DNA from: an uncultured Chloroflexia bacterium
Lineage (GTDB): Bacteria > Chloroflexota > Dehalococcoidia > UBA2979
Direction: 5' to 3'
Assembly: GCA_963728205.1 (NCBI GenBank)
Contig: CAVSIV010000001.1
Location: 992,001 to 1,056,000, forward strand
Length of the DNA: 64,000 nucleotides
A program made the translations under genes and the position numbers. The notes beneath the pieces were generated by a model that saw only the letters and a list, made by a program, of their open reading frames with translations, was not told the origin of the DNA and did not search any database. Of the stretch, positions 33,823 through 45,964 are shown piece by piece (within the stretch, counting starts at the first letter, position 1; every line of letters starts with the position of its first letter).

Positions 33823-34509
33823 ATGCCGGAAGAGGCCGAGCGTCACGCGCTCGAGATCGCGATCGACGACGCGGGCGCACACCTGCAGGGCGACCTCGTG
33901 CGGCCGGCGGATGCGCGGGGCATCGTCGTGTTCGCACACGGCAGCGGCAGCAGCCGGTTCAGCCCGCGCAACCGGTTCGTCGCGCAGGTGATCGCCGAGT
34001 CCGGCCTCGCCACGCTGCTCTTCGACCTGCTCACGCCGGAGGAGGAGCAGATCGACGAGCGCACGCTCGAGTACCGCTTCGACATCGGTCGCCTCAACCG
34101 CCGGCTGGTCGCGGTCGTGGACTGGGTCGCGGCCGACGCGCGGACGGCGGGCCTCGCGGTGGGCTGCTTCGGGGCGAGCACCGGCGCCGCGGCGGCGCTG
34201 ATCGCGGCCGCCGAGCGGCCGGACGTGGTGCGCGCGGTGGTGTCGCGCGGCGGCCGCCCGGACCTCGCGAGCGGCGCGCTGACGCGCGTCCGGGCGCCCA
34301 CGCTGCTGATCGTCGGCGGTCGCGACCTGCAGGTGCTCGAGCTCAACCGCGAGGCCGCGCGCGCGATGACGCTTCCGCCGCGCATCGAGATCGTCCCCGG
34401 CGCAACGCACCTCTTCGAGGAGCCGGGTGCGCTCGAACGCGTCGCGGCGCTCGCGCGGGACTGGTTCCTGCTCCACCTCGCGGCGGGCGACGGCGCGCGA
34501 GGCAATTGA
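33823..34509 (+). CDS. Dienelactone-hydrolase-like alpha/beta hydrolase
   Basis: FAHGSGSSRFSPRN, GASTG, SRGGRPDLA, HLFEE. Confidence 0.9.
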   Translation: MPEEAERHALEIAIDDAGAHLQGDLVRPADARGIVVFAHGSGSSRFSPRNRFVAQVIAESGLATLLFDLLTPEEEQIDERTLEYRFDIGRLNRRLVAVVDWVAADARTAGLAVGCFGASTGAAAALIAAAERPDVVRAVVSRGGRPDLASGALTRVRAPTLLIVGGRDLQVLELNREAARAMTLPPRIEIVPGATHLFEEPGALERVAALARDWFLLHLAAGDGARGN

Positions 34510-34589
34510 TCGGGCGCGTGCGGCGCGCTCAGCCCGTCACGCGTGGCCGTTCGCCATGAGCGCTCGCCGTCGGCGCGGCCGCTGGGGCG

Positions 34590-35987
34590 CTAGCGCGACC
34601 AGAAGTGGATGGCGCCGCCCTCGAGCATGAGGGCGGCCTCGCGGACCGCCTCGGCGAGCGTCGGGTGGGCGTGCACCGTCGCGGCGATCTCCACCGGCGT
34701 CGTCTCCAGGACGCGTCCCAGCGCGACCTCGGCGATCAGCTCCGACGCCCCCGGCCCGACAATCTGCGCGCCGATCAGCGCCCGCGTCTCGCGGTCGGCC
34801 ACGAGCTTCACGAAGCCCGCGGTGTCGTCGAGCGTCATCGCGCGGGCGTTCGCGCGCAGCGGGAACCGCGCGACCTGCGGGTCGCGCCCGGCCGCGCGCG
34901 CCTGCCCGGCGTCGAGGCCAACCCACGCCACCTCCGGGTGGCAGTAGACGACGCGCGGCACCGCGTCGAGGTCGACGGGCCGCGCGCAGCGGCCGGCAAT
35001 CGCCTCGACGGCCGCGATGCCCTGCGCCGACGCGGCATGCGCAAGCGGCAGCCGTCCCGTCACGTCGCCGATCGCCCACACGCCGGGCAGCGACGTGCGC
35101 CCGAGCGCGTCGACCGTGACGAACCCGCGCGCGTCCAGCGCGACGCCGGCCTCCGCGAGCCCGAGGTCGCGCGTGTTCGGCTCGATGCCCAGCGCGACCA
35201 GCGCGCACTCCGCCTCCAGCGTCGAGGCGCCGGCGCCGTCCTCGAGCTCGATCGCGACGTAGCCCGCCGTCGGCCGCATGGCGCCGGCGCGCGTGCGCGC
35301 CCGCACGGCGATGCCGCGCGCCACGTACGCCTGCTCGACGACGCGCGCGGCGTCCGGGTCGGCGTCCGGCAGCAGCTGCGGGCCGTGCTCGACGACCGTG
35401 ACGCGCGAGCCGGCCGCGGCGAAGACGTCGGCGAGCTCGGCGCCGACGCAGCCGCCGCCGAGGATCGCGATCGAGGCGGGGACCGCGCGGCGCGCGAGCG
35501 CCTCGCGGCTCGTGAGGACGCGCTCGCCGTCGACGGGCCACGGCGAGCGCGGTCGCGCGCCGGTGGCCACAATCAGCGCGCCGGCCGTCAGGCGGCGCGC
35601 CACCGGCGACAGCGTGAGCGTGTGCGCGTCGGCCAGGCGCGCGGTCGCCCGCACCAGCTCGACGCCGTTGCGCGCGAGCAGCTCCTCGACTCCGCCCGTC
35701 ATGTGGCGGACCACCTCGCGGCTGTGGTCGACCGCCTCGCCGAGGTCGAAGCGCACCCCCTCCGCGTGCACGCCGAACGGGGCCGCCGCGCGGGCGAGCT
35801 CCGCGAGCTCGGCCGAACGCAGCAGCACCTTGGCGGGGATGCACCCCCAGTTCAGGCAGACGCCGCCCACCGCGTCGCGCTCGACGACCGCCGTGCGCAG
35901 CCCGAGCTGCGCCGCCCGGATCGCGGCGACGTAGCCGCCCGGGCCCGCGCCGACGATCGCGACGTCGAAGTCGTATGCGGTCGCCAT
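34590..35987 (-). CDS. lpdA: Dihydrolipoyl dehydrogenase E3
   Basis: GAGPGG, GGVCLNWGCIP, HAHPTLAE. Confidence 0.95.
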   Translation of the reverse strand: MATAYDFDVAIVGAGPGGYVAAIRAAQLGLRTAVVERDAVGGVCLNWGCIPAKVLLRSAELAELARAAAPFGVHAEGVRFDLGEAVDHSREVVRHMTGGVEELLARNGVELVRATARLADAHTLTLSPVARRLTAGALIVATGARPRSPWPVDGERVLTSREALARRAVPASIAILGGGCVGAELADVFAAAGSRVTVVEHGPQLLPDADPDAARVVEQAYVARGIAVRARTRAGAMRPTAGYVAIELEDGAGASTLEAECALVALGIEPNTRDLGLAEAGVALDARGFVTVDALGRTSLPGVWAIGDVTGRLPLAHAASAQGIAAVEAIAGRCARPVDLDAVPRVVYCHPEVAWVGLDAGQARAAGRDPQVARFPLRANARAMTLDDTAGFVKLVADRETRALIGAQIVGPGASELIAEVALGRVLETTPVEIAATVHAHPTLAEAVREAALMLEGGAIHFWSR

Positions 35988-35988
35988 C

Positions 35989-36243
35989 TCACGCCCGCGC
36001 CCGGTGCGCGTCGACGTACGCGACGCAGTCGTCGAGCGACATCAGCTGCGCGTAGTCGTCCTCCGGGATGTCGACGCCGGTCGTCTCGTCGATGGCGAGC
36101 ACGAAGTTCAGGAAGTCCATGGAGTCGAGGTCGAGCTCCTCGCGGAGGTGGGCGTCGCCCGCGAGCGGGCGGCCCGACGCCTCCGGGCGGAGGGCGAAGA
36201 GCAGGCGGAGGATGGTCGCGCGGGTGTCGGTGTCGGCGGTCAT
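35989..36243 (-). CDS. Acyl carrier protein
   Basis: LDLDSMDF phosphopantetheine motif, GVDIPEDDY. Confidence 0.9.
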   Translation of the reverse strand: MTADTDTRATILRLLFALRPEASGRPLAGDAHLREELDLDSMDFLNFVLAIDETTGVDIPEDDYAQLMSLDDCVAYVDAHRARA

Positions 36244-37518
36244 AGTCGCTCCGGGTCCTGCAGCAACGCGTCGATTGCGGCGAGGTAGAGCGCGCCGCGG
36301 TGGCCGTCGCTCGCGCGGTGGTCCGCGGTGAGCGACGCCGTCACCTGGCGGCGGGCGGCCAGCATGCCGTGCTCTGCCCAGGGCCGCTCGACGATGCGGC
36401 CGAAGCCGACGAGCGCGACCTGCGGCGGGTAGATCACGCCGAACACCGTCTCCACGCCGCGGTCGCCGAGGTTCGTCACGGTCAGGGTGGCGTCGGTCAG
36501 CTCCGAGCCGCGCAGCGTGCCGCCGCGCGTGCGTGCCACGAGGTCGCGCAGCGCCGCCATCAGCGCGTCGAGCGGCAGGCCTTCGGCGTCGTGGATCGCC
36601 GGTGCGATCAGGCCACCGCCCGGGAGCGAGATGCCGACGCCGAGATGCACCGCGGTCGATGGCGCGAAGGCGTCGTCGCGCCAGAAGCCGTTCATCTCGG
36701 GGACGTCGCGCGCGGCGAGCGCGGCGGCCTTGAGCAGCAGCGCCGCCGGGAGCAGCCGCTCCGCGACGCCGCGCTCGCGGTTGCGCGCGGCGAGCCAGTC
36801 GAGCGCGCGGCTCATGTCGATGTCGTGCGCGAGGTAATACGCGGGGATCTCGCGGTGGGAGCGCGCCATCGCGGCGGCGATGGCGCGGCGCATGGCCGCG
36901 GCCTTCTCGTCGGCGCGTGCCGGCGGGGCGGCGGGGGCGGCCGGCGGAACCGGGGACGGCGGCGTCGCGGGTGCCGGCAGCGGAGCGGGCGTCGCCGTGC
37001 GGGCGCCCGCGGGAGCGGCGGCGCGCTCGACGTCGGCCTGCGTGATCGCGCCGGCCAGGCCGGTGCCGTGGACGGTCGCGAGGTCGACGCCCAGCCGCTC
37101 GGCCGTGACGCGGGCGAGCGGCGAGACGCGCGGACGGCGCGGGGTGCCGGGCGCGGCGGGTGCGGGCGCGGTGGGAGCAGCGACCGTGGGCGCGGGTGCG
37201 GGCGCGGCTGCGACCGTGGGCGCGGGTGCGGCGGCCGCCGGACCGACTGCGACCGGGGTCGGCGCTGCGCCGGGCGGAGCACTCGCCGCGCCCGCCACTT
37301 CGATGCGCGCGAGCGGCGTCCCGACCGGCACGCTCGTCCCCTCGGCGACGAGCAGCTCGCCCACGGTGCCGCTCTCGAACACCTCCACGTCGACGTCGGC
37401 CTTGTCGGTCTCGATGTGCGCGATCACGTCGCCGCGGCGCACCGCGTCGCCGGGGTGCACGAGCCAGCGGAGCAGCGTCCCCTTCTCCATGTCGGCGCCG
37501 AGCGACGGCATGCAGAAG

Positions 37519-37526
<8 letters not shown>
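36240..37526 (-). CDS. pdhC: Dihydrolipoamide acyltransferase E2
   Basis: ETDKA lipoyl site, SPLAR, DHRASDG. Confidence 0.93.
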
Positions 37527-38525
<999 letters not shown>

Positions 38526-38529
<4 letters not shown>

Positions 38530-39542
38530 GGGAGCGCCTCGCCGTCCATCGTCACGAAGCGCGTGAGCTCCGCGACCGGCTCGTCCGTGCCGGCCTCCGC
38601 GAACGCGACGGCCGCCTCGATCTCCTCCGCGACCTCCCCCTCGAGCGCCGCGCGCGTGGCGTCGTCGAGCAGTCCGGACGCGCGCAGGCGCCCGTCGAGC
38701 GCGTCGATCGGGTCGCGCGCCTTCCACCCCTCGACCTCGGCCTTCGGGCGGTAGAGCTCGGGGTCGTACATCGAGTGCGGGCGGTAGCGGTACGTGCGCA
38801 GCTCGAGGAACGCGGGCGAGCCGCCGTCGCGCACCATCGCGGCGGCCCGCGCGGCGGCGTCCGCGACCGCGGCGACGTCCATGCCGTCGACCGGCCACGC
38901 GGGCATCTCGTACGCGCTCGCCTTGAGCGCGAGGTCGGTCTCGGACTGCGTGCGGCGCAGCGCCGAGCCCATCGCGTAGAGGTTGTTCTCGCAGCAGAAG
39001 AGCACCGGCAGGTCCCATAGCGCGGCGAGGTTCATCGCCTCGTGGAACGCGCCCTCGGCCATCGCGCCCTCGCCGAAGAAGCACGCGGTGACCCGGCGGC
39101 GCCCGGCGAGCCGGTCGGCGAGCGCCAGGCCGACCGCGACCGGCAGCCCGCCCCCCACGATGGCGTTGCCGCCGTAGAAGCGCGTGGCCGCGTCGAAGAT
39201 GTGCATCGACCCGCCGCGCCCGCGGCTCACGCCCTCCTGCTTGCCGTACATCTCGGCCATCAGCGCGGTCGCGGGGATGCCGCGCGCCAGGGCGTGGCCG
39301 TGCTCGCGGTAGGTGGCCACCACCGCGTCCTCGGGCCGCAGCGCCCCCATCACGCCGACGGCGACGGCCTCCTCGCCGATGTAGAGGTGGAGGAAGCCGC
39401 GGATCTTCGTCGCGCTGTAGAGCTCGGCGCAGCGCTCCTCGAAGCGGCGGATGCGCAGCATCGCGCGCAGCCATGCGAGACCGCGCTCGCGGTCGACGCC
39501 CTCGAGCGGCGCGGCGCCGGTCGCGTGCGCGGTCTCCGTCAT
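38526..39542 (-). CDS. pdhA: 2-oxoacid (pyruvate) dehydrogenase E1 alpha
   Basis: [20 protein letters not shown]...ENN TPP motif, HSMYD. Confidence 0.94.
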
Positions 39543-41344
39543 GGTGCCGCCCGCCCGGAGGCCGGCGGCGCGGCCGGCGGTGCGGGCGGCTCGAGCGTCG
39601 AGAGGTCGCCCTCCGGCAGCCCGAGCTCGCGCGCCTTCAGCAGGCGCCGCATGATCTTGCCGCTGCGCGTGCGCGGCAGGCTCTCGGCGAACGCGAGCTC
39701 GCGCGGCGCCATCTGCGCGCCGAGCCGCTGCCGCGCGAACGCCAGCACGTCGCGCGCCAGCGCGTCGCCCGGCTCGATCCCCGCACGCAGGCTGACGAAC
39801 GCCTTCACGGCCTCGCCGAGCACCGGGTCGGGCATGCCGATCACCGCGGCCTCCGCGACCGCGGGGTGCTCCATCAGCGCGCTCTCGACCTCGAATGGGC
39901 CGATCAGGTGGCCCGCCGACTTGATCACGTCGTCCGCGCGCCCGACGAACCAGAAGTACCCGTCGGCGTCGCGCCGCGCGAGGTCGCCGCTGAGGTACCA
40001 GCCGTCGACGAAGCAGCGCGCCGTCCGCTCGGGCTCGTGCTCGTAGCCGCGGAACATCGACGGCCAGCCGGCGCGCAGCGCCAGCTCGCCGGTCGCCGCC
40101 GGGTCGGTGACGACGTCGACCCCGCCCTCGGGGCGCCGCTCGACGATCGCGGCCTCGACGCCGGGGAGGGGACGCCCCATCGACCCCGGTCGCACGGGCA
40201 TCGCGACATAATTCGCGATCATGATCCCGCCGGTCTCGGTCTGCCACCAGTTGTCGAGCACCGGCTTCCCGAAGACGCGCCGTCCCCAGGTCACGGCCTC
40301 GGGGTTGAGCGGCTCGCCCACGCTCGCGATCAGGCGCAGGCGCTCGAACTGGAAGCGCCCGGCGAGGTCGTCGCCGGCCCGCATCAGGAGGCGGATCGCC
40401 GTGGGCGCCGTGTACCAGACGGTGACGCCCTCGTCGTGCAGCAGGCGATACCAGCGCGCGGCGTCGAAATCGCCCTCGTCGATGATGCTCGTGAGGCCGT
40501 GCGTGAGCGGCGCGATGATGCCGTACGACGTGCCGGTCACCCAGCCCGGGTCGGCCGTGCACCAGAAGACGTCGTCGGGGTGGAAGTCGAGCGCGTAGGT
40601 CGCGGTCGTGTGGTGCGCGACGACGGCCTCGTGCACGTGCAGTGCGCCCTTCGGCGTGCCGGTGGTTCCGCTCGTGAAGTGCAGCAGCGCGGGGTCCTCG
40701 GGCCGGGTCGGCTCGATGGCGAAGTCTCCCGTCGCGGCGTCGACGGCGCCGTGCCAGTCGATGACGCCGGCCGCCGCCGCGAGCTCCGGGTGATCGGCGG
40801 CGTCGACGATGAGCACGTGCCGGAGGCCGGGCAGCTCATCGCGGATGTCCATGACCTTGCGGGCGTACAGCGACGCGGTCGTCACGAGCACCCGGCCGTC
40901 GCCGCGGGCGAGGCGCTGGCGGATCGGCTCGGGACCGAACGCGGAGAAGAGCGGCGAGAAGACGCTCCCGTTCTTCAGCGCACCGAGGGCGCTCACGTAC
41001 AGCTCGGGGATGCGCCCGGTCAGCGAGAAGACGCGGTCGCCCTTGCCGACGCCGAGGCCGCGCAGCACCTCGGCGAAGCGGTTCGAGGCGTCGGCGAGCT
41101 CGGCATACGTGATGTCGCGGCGGTCCCCGCGGCGGCCGATCCAGCGCAGCGCGACGTGCTGCGCGCGCGGTCCGGCGGCGTGGCGGTCGACGGCCTCGTG
41201 GGCGATGTTGAGGGCGCCGCCGGGCAGCCCGTCGAGCGCGCCCCGCGCGGCCTCCCAGCTGAACGCGCGGACGGTCGCCTCGTAGTCGATGAGGTTGGGT
41301 TGCACGGCCGGCGCCGGCGGGACCAACGGTCCGATCACAGCCAT
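39539..41344 (-). CDS. acsA: Acetate--CoA ligase
   Basis: [30 protein letters not shown]. Confidence 0.93.
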   Translation of the reverse strand: MAVIGPLVPPAPAVQPNLIDYEATVRAFSWEAARGALDGLPGGALNIAHEAVDRHAAGPRAQHVALRWIGRRGDRRDITYAELADASNRFAEVLRGLGVGKGDRVFSLTGRIPELYVSALGALKNGSVFSPLFSAFGPEPIRQRLARGDGRVLVTTASLYARKVMDIRDELPGLRHVLIVDAADHPELAAAAGVIDWHGAVDAATGDFAIEPTRPEDPALLHFTSGTTGTPKGALHVHEAVVAHHTTATYALDFHPDDVFWCTADPGWVTGTSYGIIAPLTHGLTSIIDEGDFDAARWYRLLHDEGVTVWYTAPTAIRLLMRAGDDLAGRFQFERLRLIASVGEPLNPEAVTWGRRVFGKPVLDNWWQTETGGIMIANYVAMPVRPGSMGRPLPGVEAAIVERRPEGGVDVVTDPAATGELALRAGWPSMFRGYEHEPERTARCFVDGWYLSGDLARRDADGYFWFVGRADDVIKSAGHLIGPFEVESALMEHPAVAEAAVIGMPDPVLGEAVKAFVSLRAGIEPGDALARDVLAFARQRLGAQMAPRELAFAESLPRTRSGKIMRRLLKARELGLPEGDLSTLEPPAPPAAPPASGRAAP

Positions 41345-41436
41345 GTCGCCACGATGCGCGCCGCCGCCCCGCGGGTCAGCGGCCGAACGTCACGCGGGGC
41401 GAATGACGAAGTGCATGAAGCGGACGCGCGCCGGCG

Positions 41437-41763
41437 TCAGCGCCGCGCCCGCCGGATCAGGCGGGCCAGACCGCCGCGCCGGCGGCGCGCGCCGCGACCG
41501 AAGAGCGAGACGTCGACGACCGCCACCGGTCGGAACACCACGCCGACGAACACGTTGACCTCGGGACGCCGCGGCTGCATCGCGCGTCGCGCCGCGAGCG
41601 CGATCGCCACCAGCGTCAGCGGCAGCACCGCTCGCCGCCGGCGGGCGAAGCGTCGGCCGCGCGCCCAGGGCGGGCGGCCGGCCCCGCCGGGACCGGGCGG
41701 CATGTGCGCTTGCCCCTCGTCCGGACGCGATGTGGATGGCTGGTCTCCCTGGTACTCGTTCAT
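41437..41763 (-). CDS. Hypothetical small basic protein
   Basis: ORF with a short hydrophobic stretch, preceded by DosR-like boxes; no recognised motif. Confidence 0.35.
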   Translation of the reverse strand: MNEYQGDQPSTSRPDEGQAHMPPGPGGAGRPPWARGRRFARRRRAVLPLTLVAIALAARRAMQPRRPEVNVFVGVVFRPVAVVDVSLFGRGARRRRGGLARLIRRARR

Positions 41764-41966
41764 GGCGACAGCGTCGCCGGGCCTCGACGAACGGGACAAG
41801 TGCGGATCGTCCCGCGGCCCGCGCGGCGAACGTCATGGACCCCGCCCGCACGGGGGCTCCGGAGGGGCGCTTCCGGGTTGCGCAAAACCGGGATAGCCTC
41901 GGCGCTCAGCTCCCCCCGCTGAGACGCATCGGCGCCCGCCCCGCGCGCGCCGAAGGGCAGGCGCGA

Positions 41967-42809
41967 GTGCACCCAGGGCTGTACTTCCTGCTTCTCTACG
42001 CGGCCGCAATCGCCGCCGGTGCCTTCGGCGCGCTCCTCGGCCTCGGCGGCGGCATCATCATCGTCCCGGTCCTCACGCTGCTCTTCCGCGTCGACATCCA
42101 CTACGCCATCGGCGCGAGCATCGTCTCCGTGATCGCGACGTCGAGCGGGGCGGCTGCCACCTACGTGAAGGACCGCATCGCGGACATGCGCCTGGGCATG
42201 TTCCTGGAGTCGGCGACGACGACGGGGGCGATCGCCGGCGCCTTCGTCGCCGGACTGGTCGCGGGGCAGGTGCTGTTCTTCGTCTTCGCGATCGTCCTCA
42301 TCTACTCGGCCGGCATGATGTTCCGGAAGTACTTCTTGCCGGAGCCGCCGCCCGCCAGGCCCGACCGCTACGCACGCGCGCTGCGCCTGGGCGGCCACTA
42401 CTTCGACCCGGCGCTCGGGCGCGAGATTCAGTACGAGGTGACGGGCGTGCCCGGCGGCTTCGGTCTCGCGATGGTCGCCGGCGGCGTCTCCGGCCTGCTC
42501 GGCATCGGAGGCGGCTCGCTCAAGGTCCCCGCGATGGACCTGCTGATGCACGTCCCGCTCAAGGTTTCCTCTGCGACGAGCAACTTCATGATCGGCGTGA
42601 CGGCGGCGACCAGCGCCGGCGTGTACTTCACGCGCGGCGACGTGAACCCGTTCATCGCCGCGCCCGTCGCGATGGGCGTCCTCAGCGGAACGGTCGTGGG
42701 GACGCGGCTGCTCAAGCGACTGCCGAGCGAGCAGCTGCGCGTGATCTTCGCGGTCGTGCTGCTGATCACCGCGGCGCAGATGCTCGTGAAGGGGCTCGGC
42801 GTTGGATGA
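41967..42809 (+). CDS. TauE/SafE (TSUP) family exporter
   Basis: GALLGLGGG, SGLLGIGGG, ATSNFMIG. Confidence 0.92.
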   Translation: MHPGLYFLLLYAAAIAAGAFGALLGLGGGIIIVPVLTLLFRVDIHYAIGASIVSVIATSSGAAATYVKDRIADMRLGMFLESATTTGAIAGAFVAGLVAGQVLFFVFAIVLIYSAGMMFRKYFLPEPPPARPDRYARALRLGGHYFDPALGREIQYEVTGVPGGFGLAMVAGGVSGLLGIGGGSLKVPAMDLLMHVPLKVSSATSNFMIGVTAATSAGVYFTRGDVNPFIAAPVAMGVLSGTVVGTRLLKRLPSEQLRVIFAVVLLITAAQMLVKGLGVG

Positions 42810-42813
42810 GCGC

Positions 42814-43275
42814 ATGAGCCGCGAGGCGGACCCCGGGGCGGCCGAGGGCGAGACCGAGGATCGCGCCGTCGCCGAGATGGAGACGACCGTCGCGATCGCC
42901 CTGCGCTGGGGTGTGCTTCTGAGCTTCGCGGTGATCCTGCTCGGCAGCGCCTGGCTCTTCGCCTCCGGCGACACCGGTTACGCCGGCGTGTCCGTCTCCG
43001 GCGCCCACGCGGCCGACGCGCTCACCACCTACCACGCGGGCGGCGCGGGACAGTGGTTCCCGACGACCCCGACCGAGGTGATCGCGGGCGTGCGCGCCGG
43101 CCGGCCGTACGCCGTGATCACGCTCGGCGTGCTGGTGCTGATCGCGACGCCGGTGTTTCGGGTCGCCGTGTCGGTGATCACGTTCCTCTGGGAGCGCGAT
43201 CGCATGTACGCGCTGATCACGCTGTACGTGCTGCTGGTGCTGCTCGTGAGCTTCGTGATCGGCAAGGGCGGCTAG
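42814..43275 (+). CDS. DUF1634-family membrane protein
   Basis: LRWGV, GVLVLIATPVFRV; usual partner of TSUP genes. Confidence 0.85.
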   Translation: MSREADPGAAEGETEDRAVAEMETTVAIALRWGVLLSFAVILLGSAWLFASGDTGYAGVSVSGAHAADALTTYHAGGAGQWFPTTPTEVIAGVRAGRPYAVITLGVLVLIATPVFRVAVSVITFLWERDRMYALITLYVLLVLLVSFVIGKGG

Positions 43276-44582
43276 CCCGCGCCGCGCCCCCCACCCCCCG
43301 CGCCTCCGCGCTCCTCCGTCCGCGGTGCGAAGCGCACACGCCGCACCACGGCGCCGCGCGCGTCGAGCACCGTGACCCGCCAGCCATCGACGTCCACGAA
43401 ATCGCCCACCGCCGCTATCCGCCCGAGCTCGGTCATCACCAGCCCGGCCACCGTCGAATACGCCCCGTGCGGCGACGGCAGCTCGACGCCGAGGTCCGGC
43501 AGGTCGTGCACCGGGTAGCGCCCGAGCAGCTCGATGCTCCCGTCGTCGCGTCGCTGTGCCGACACGACGTCGCGGTCGTACTCGTCGAAGATCTCCCCGA
43601 CGAGCTCCTCGACCAGGTCCTCGACCGTCACCATGCCGTCGATGCCGCCGAACTCGTCGGCGACCACCGCCATCTGCTGGTGGGCCGCCTGCATGCGGCG
43701 CAGCGCCTCCAGCACGCGCACGGTCTCGGGGAAGATCGGCGCCTCGCGGACGTGCTCGTGCAGCGGCGAGGCCGGGTCCGCGGCCAGCAGGTCGATCACC
43801 TCCACGATGCCGGCGAGGTGATCGAGATCGCCGTCGGCGACGGGGGCGCGGTGGTGCGCGGCCGCCGCCAGGCGGTCGAGCGCGTCGCGGGTCGTGAGGT
43901 TGCGGTCGAGGAAGAAGACGGCGCGCCGCGGCACGAGCACGTCGCGCAGCGGACGCTCGCCGGCCTCCACGGCGCCGACGATGATCCGCCGCTGCAGGTC
44001 GGTCATCGACGCCTGGCCGGCCGCGAGATGGCGGAACTCCTCGGGCGACATCTCCGTGCGCGGCTGATCCGTGCTGCCGCCGGCGGCGCGCACCACGAGG
44101 TTCGTCGCGACCCCGAGCACCCATACCGCGGGTCGCGTCGCGCGGCCCACGAGCACCAGCGGCCGCACGGCGACCAGCGACCAGCGCTCCGCCCACTGCA
44201 TCGCGAGCCGTTTCGGTGCGAGCTCGCCGACGACGAGCGTGACGAACGTGAGCGCCAGCGTGACGAGCACGACCGCGACCGCGCCGGCCGCGCCGCCGAA
44301 CGCCGGCTCGAGTGTCGACTCCAGCTGTCCCGCCAGCCCGACGGCTGCCGTCGCCGAGGCGAGGAAGCCCGTCAGCGTGATGCCGATCTGCACGGTCGCG
44401 AGGTACTCGTTCGGGTCGCGCGCCAGCCGCGCGACGAGCCGCCCGCGGGCGCCGCGGGCGCGCTCCAGGCGCCGCAGCTGGCCCTCGTTCAGCGAGAGCA
44501 GCGCGATCTCCGAGCCCGAGAACGCGGCGTTGACCAGGATCAGGACCGCGACCACCGCCAGCCGCGCCCAGGCATCGCTCAT
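43272..44582 (-). CDS. Hemolysin/CNNM-CBS-CorC family protein
   Basis: NAAFSGSEIA, GELAPK, DEFGG..G.VT.ED.VEELVGEI. Confidence 0.93.
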   Translation of the reverse strand: MSDAWARLAVVAVLILVNAAFSGSEIALLSLNEGQLRRLERARGARGRLVARLARDPNEYLATVQIGITLTGFLASATAAVGLAGQLESTLEPAFGGAAGAVAVVLVTLALTFVTLVVGELAPKRLAMQWAERWSLVAVRPLVLVGRATRPAVWVLGVATNLVVRAAGGSTDQPRTEMSPEEFRHLAAGQASMTDLQRRIIVGAVEAGERPLRDVLVPRRAVFFLDRNLTTRDALDRLAAAAHHRAPVADGDLDHLAGIVEVIDLLAADPASPLHEHVREAPIFPETVRVLEALRRMQAAHQQMAVVADEFGGIDGMVTVEDLVEELVGEIFDEYDRDVVSAQRRDDGSIELLGRYPVHDLPDLGVELPSPHGAYSTVAGLVMTELGRIAAVGDFVDVDGWRVTVLDARGAVVRRVRFAPRTEERGGAGGGGRGAG

Positions 44583-44680
44583 GCGCGCAGGATACGGGTC
44601 GCGCTAGGATTCGGCGGATCCGCCGTCCGGCGGACGCGGCCCGCAGCCGCCCGCGGGCGGCGCGAGCGAGAGGACCCACG

Positions 44681-45538
44681 ATGGCCGTCGACAGCTTCAA
44701 GTACCTCCCGCGCAGCTTCCGCGATGGCTACGACATCCCGTACCAGGCGGACACGCCTGCGTGGGCGCCGCTCGGCGTGCCCGTCGAGCAGGCGACCGTC
44801 GCCCTGATGACGTCGGCCGGCCTCTACCTCAAGGACGAGCAGCCGCCGTTCGACCTCGAGCGTGAGCAGGCGAACCCGCTGTGGGGCGACCCCTCGTACC
44901 GGGTCATCCCGCGCGACGTGCGCCAGGAGCAGATCGGCGCCGCGCACCTGCACCTCAACACGCGCGACTTCTTCGAGGACTTCAACGTCGCCCTCGCCAT
45001 CCGCGCCTTCGACGAGCTGGCCGCCGAGGGACGCATCGGGGCGGTGGCCGACGAGCACTACTCCTTCATGGGCTACCAGGAGCGGTCGCTCGAAGGCTGG
45101 CGCACGCGCTACGCCCCCGAGGTCGCGAAGCGGCTGCGCGACGCCGGCGTCAACGCGCTGGTGCTGGCGCCCGCCTGACCGGACTGCTGCCGGAACGTGC
45201 CCGTGCTGGCACGTCTCATCGAAGAGGCCGGCGTCGCGACCGTGATCGTCACGATGATGCCCGACGTCGCCGAGAAGTTCCGTCTCTCGCGGGTGGTCGG
45301 CGTGCAGTTCCCGTTCGGCCACGCGTTCGGCATGCCGCACGACCGCGCGATGCAGCGCGCGGTCGCCGAGGCGGCGGTGCGGTTGCTCGGTGAGGCGATG
45401 GCCCCGGAGACGCGGCTTGACCTCGACATCGCGTGGCCGGTCGACGACCGGACGGCGTATCGCGACTGGCAGCCGTCGGAGCCGAGTCCAATCGTCGCCT
45501 ACAATGCCGCGCGCCGCGCGAACCCGGACGCGCGGTAG
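44681..45538 (+). CDS. GrdB/PrdB-family selenoprotein; in-frame TGA at 45176-45178 read as Sec
   Basis: TSAGLY, GDPSYRVIP, HYSFMG, then APA-U-PDCCRNV..ARLIEEAGVATV..FPFG in the same frame; hairpin downstream. Confidence 0.88.
45195..45214 (+). promoter_or_regulatory. Candidate bacterial SECIS element
   Basis: acgtgcc-cGTgct-ggcacgt; apical loop starts 23 nt after the UGA. Confidence 0.7.
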
Positions 45539-45593
45539 CCGCAGCGAGCAGGCGTCACCCCCCGGCGGGCGGCAGGCGTCAGTCCTCAGCGGA

Positions 45594-45693
45594 GCGTCAA
45601 AGCGGCGGCAGACATGCCGCCGACAGAAGCGCGGCGCCAGCCGCGGACTGCGTCCGCGTCCTGTCGGCGGCATGTCTGCCGCCGCTTTGACGC
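45594..45693. repeat. REP/REPIN-like palindromic element, copy B
   Basis: Perfect 33-bp inverted arms gcgtcaaagcggcggcagacatgccgccgacag. Confidence 0.92.
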
Positions 45694-45715
45694 GAGCAGG
45701 CCCTACACTGCCCTC

Positions 45716-45919
45716 GTGCCCACCGACGCCGAGCGCCAGGCCTACCGCGACGCCTTCGACGACTGGCAGCGCAAGCTGCAGGACGTGCACGCCTTCCTCC
45801 TCGACGGGGACCGCCAGGGCAGGCGGCCCGACGAGATCAAGGGCATGCTCAACCGCGAGGCGCGTGCGAAGGCGGCCTACGACGCCGCGCGGCTCCGCCT
45901 GCTCGGCATCGACGAGTAA
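45716..45919 (+). CDS. Small helical hypothetical protein (67 aa), probably leaderless
   Basis: TACACT-6nt-GTG; good GC3; KGMLNREARAKAAYDAARLRLLG. Confidence 0.75.
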   Translation: MPTDAERQAYRDAFDDWQRKLQDVHAFLLDGDRQGRRPDEIKGMLNREARAKAAYDAARLRLLGIDE

Positions 45920-45964
45920 GGAACGTTCTTGCGTGCGTCGGCCCCGGGGCCGACGCTGGCTGCG

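Noticed and set aside
37157-37235. 30-bp tandem repeat in E2
   Set aside because: It encodes the ordinary Ala/Pro linker (APAPTVAA).
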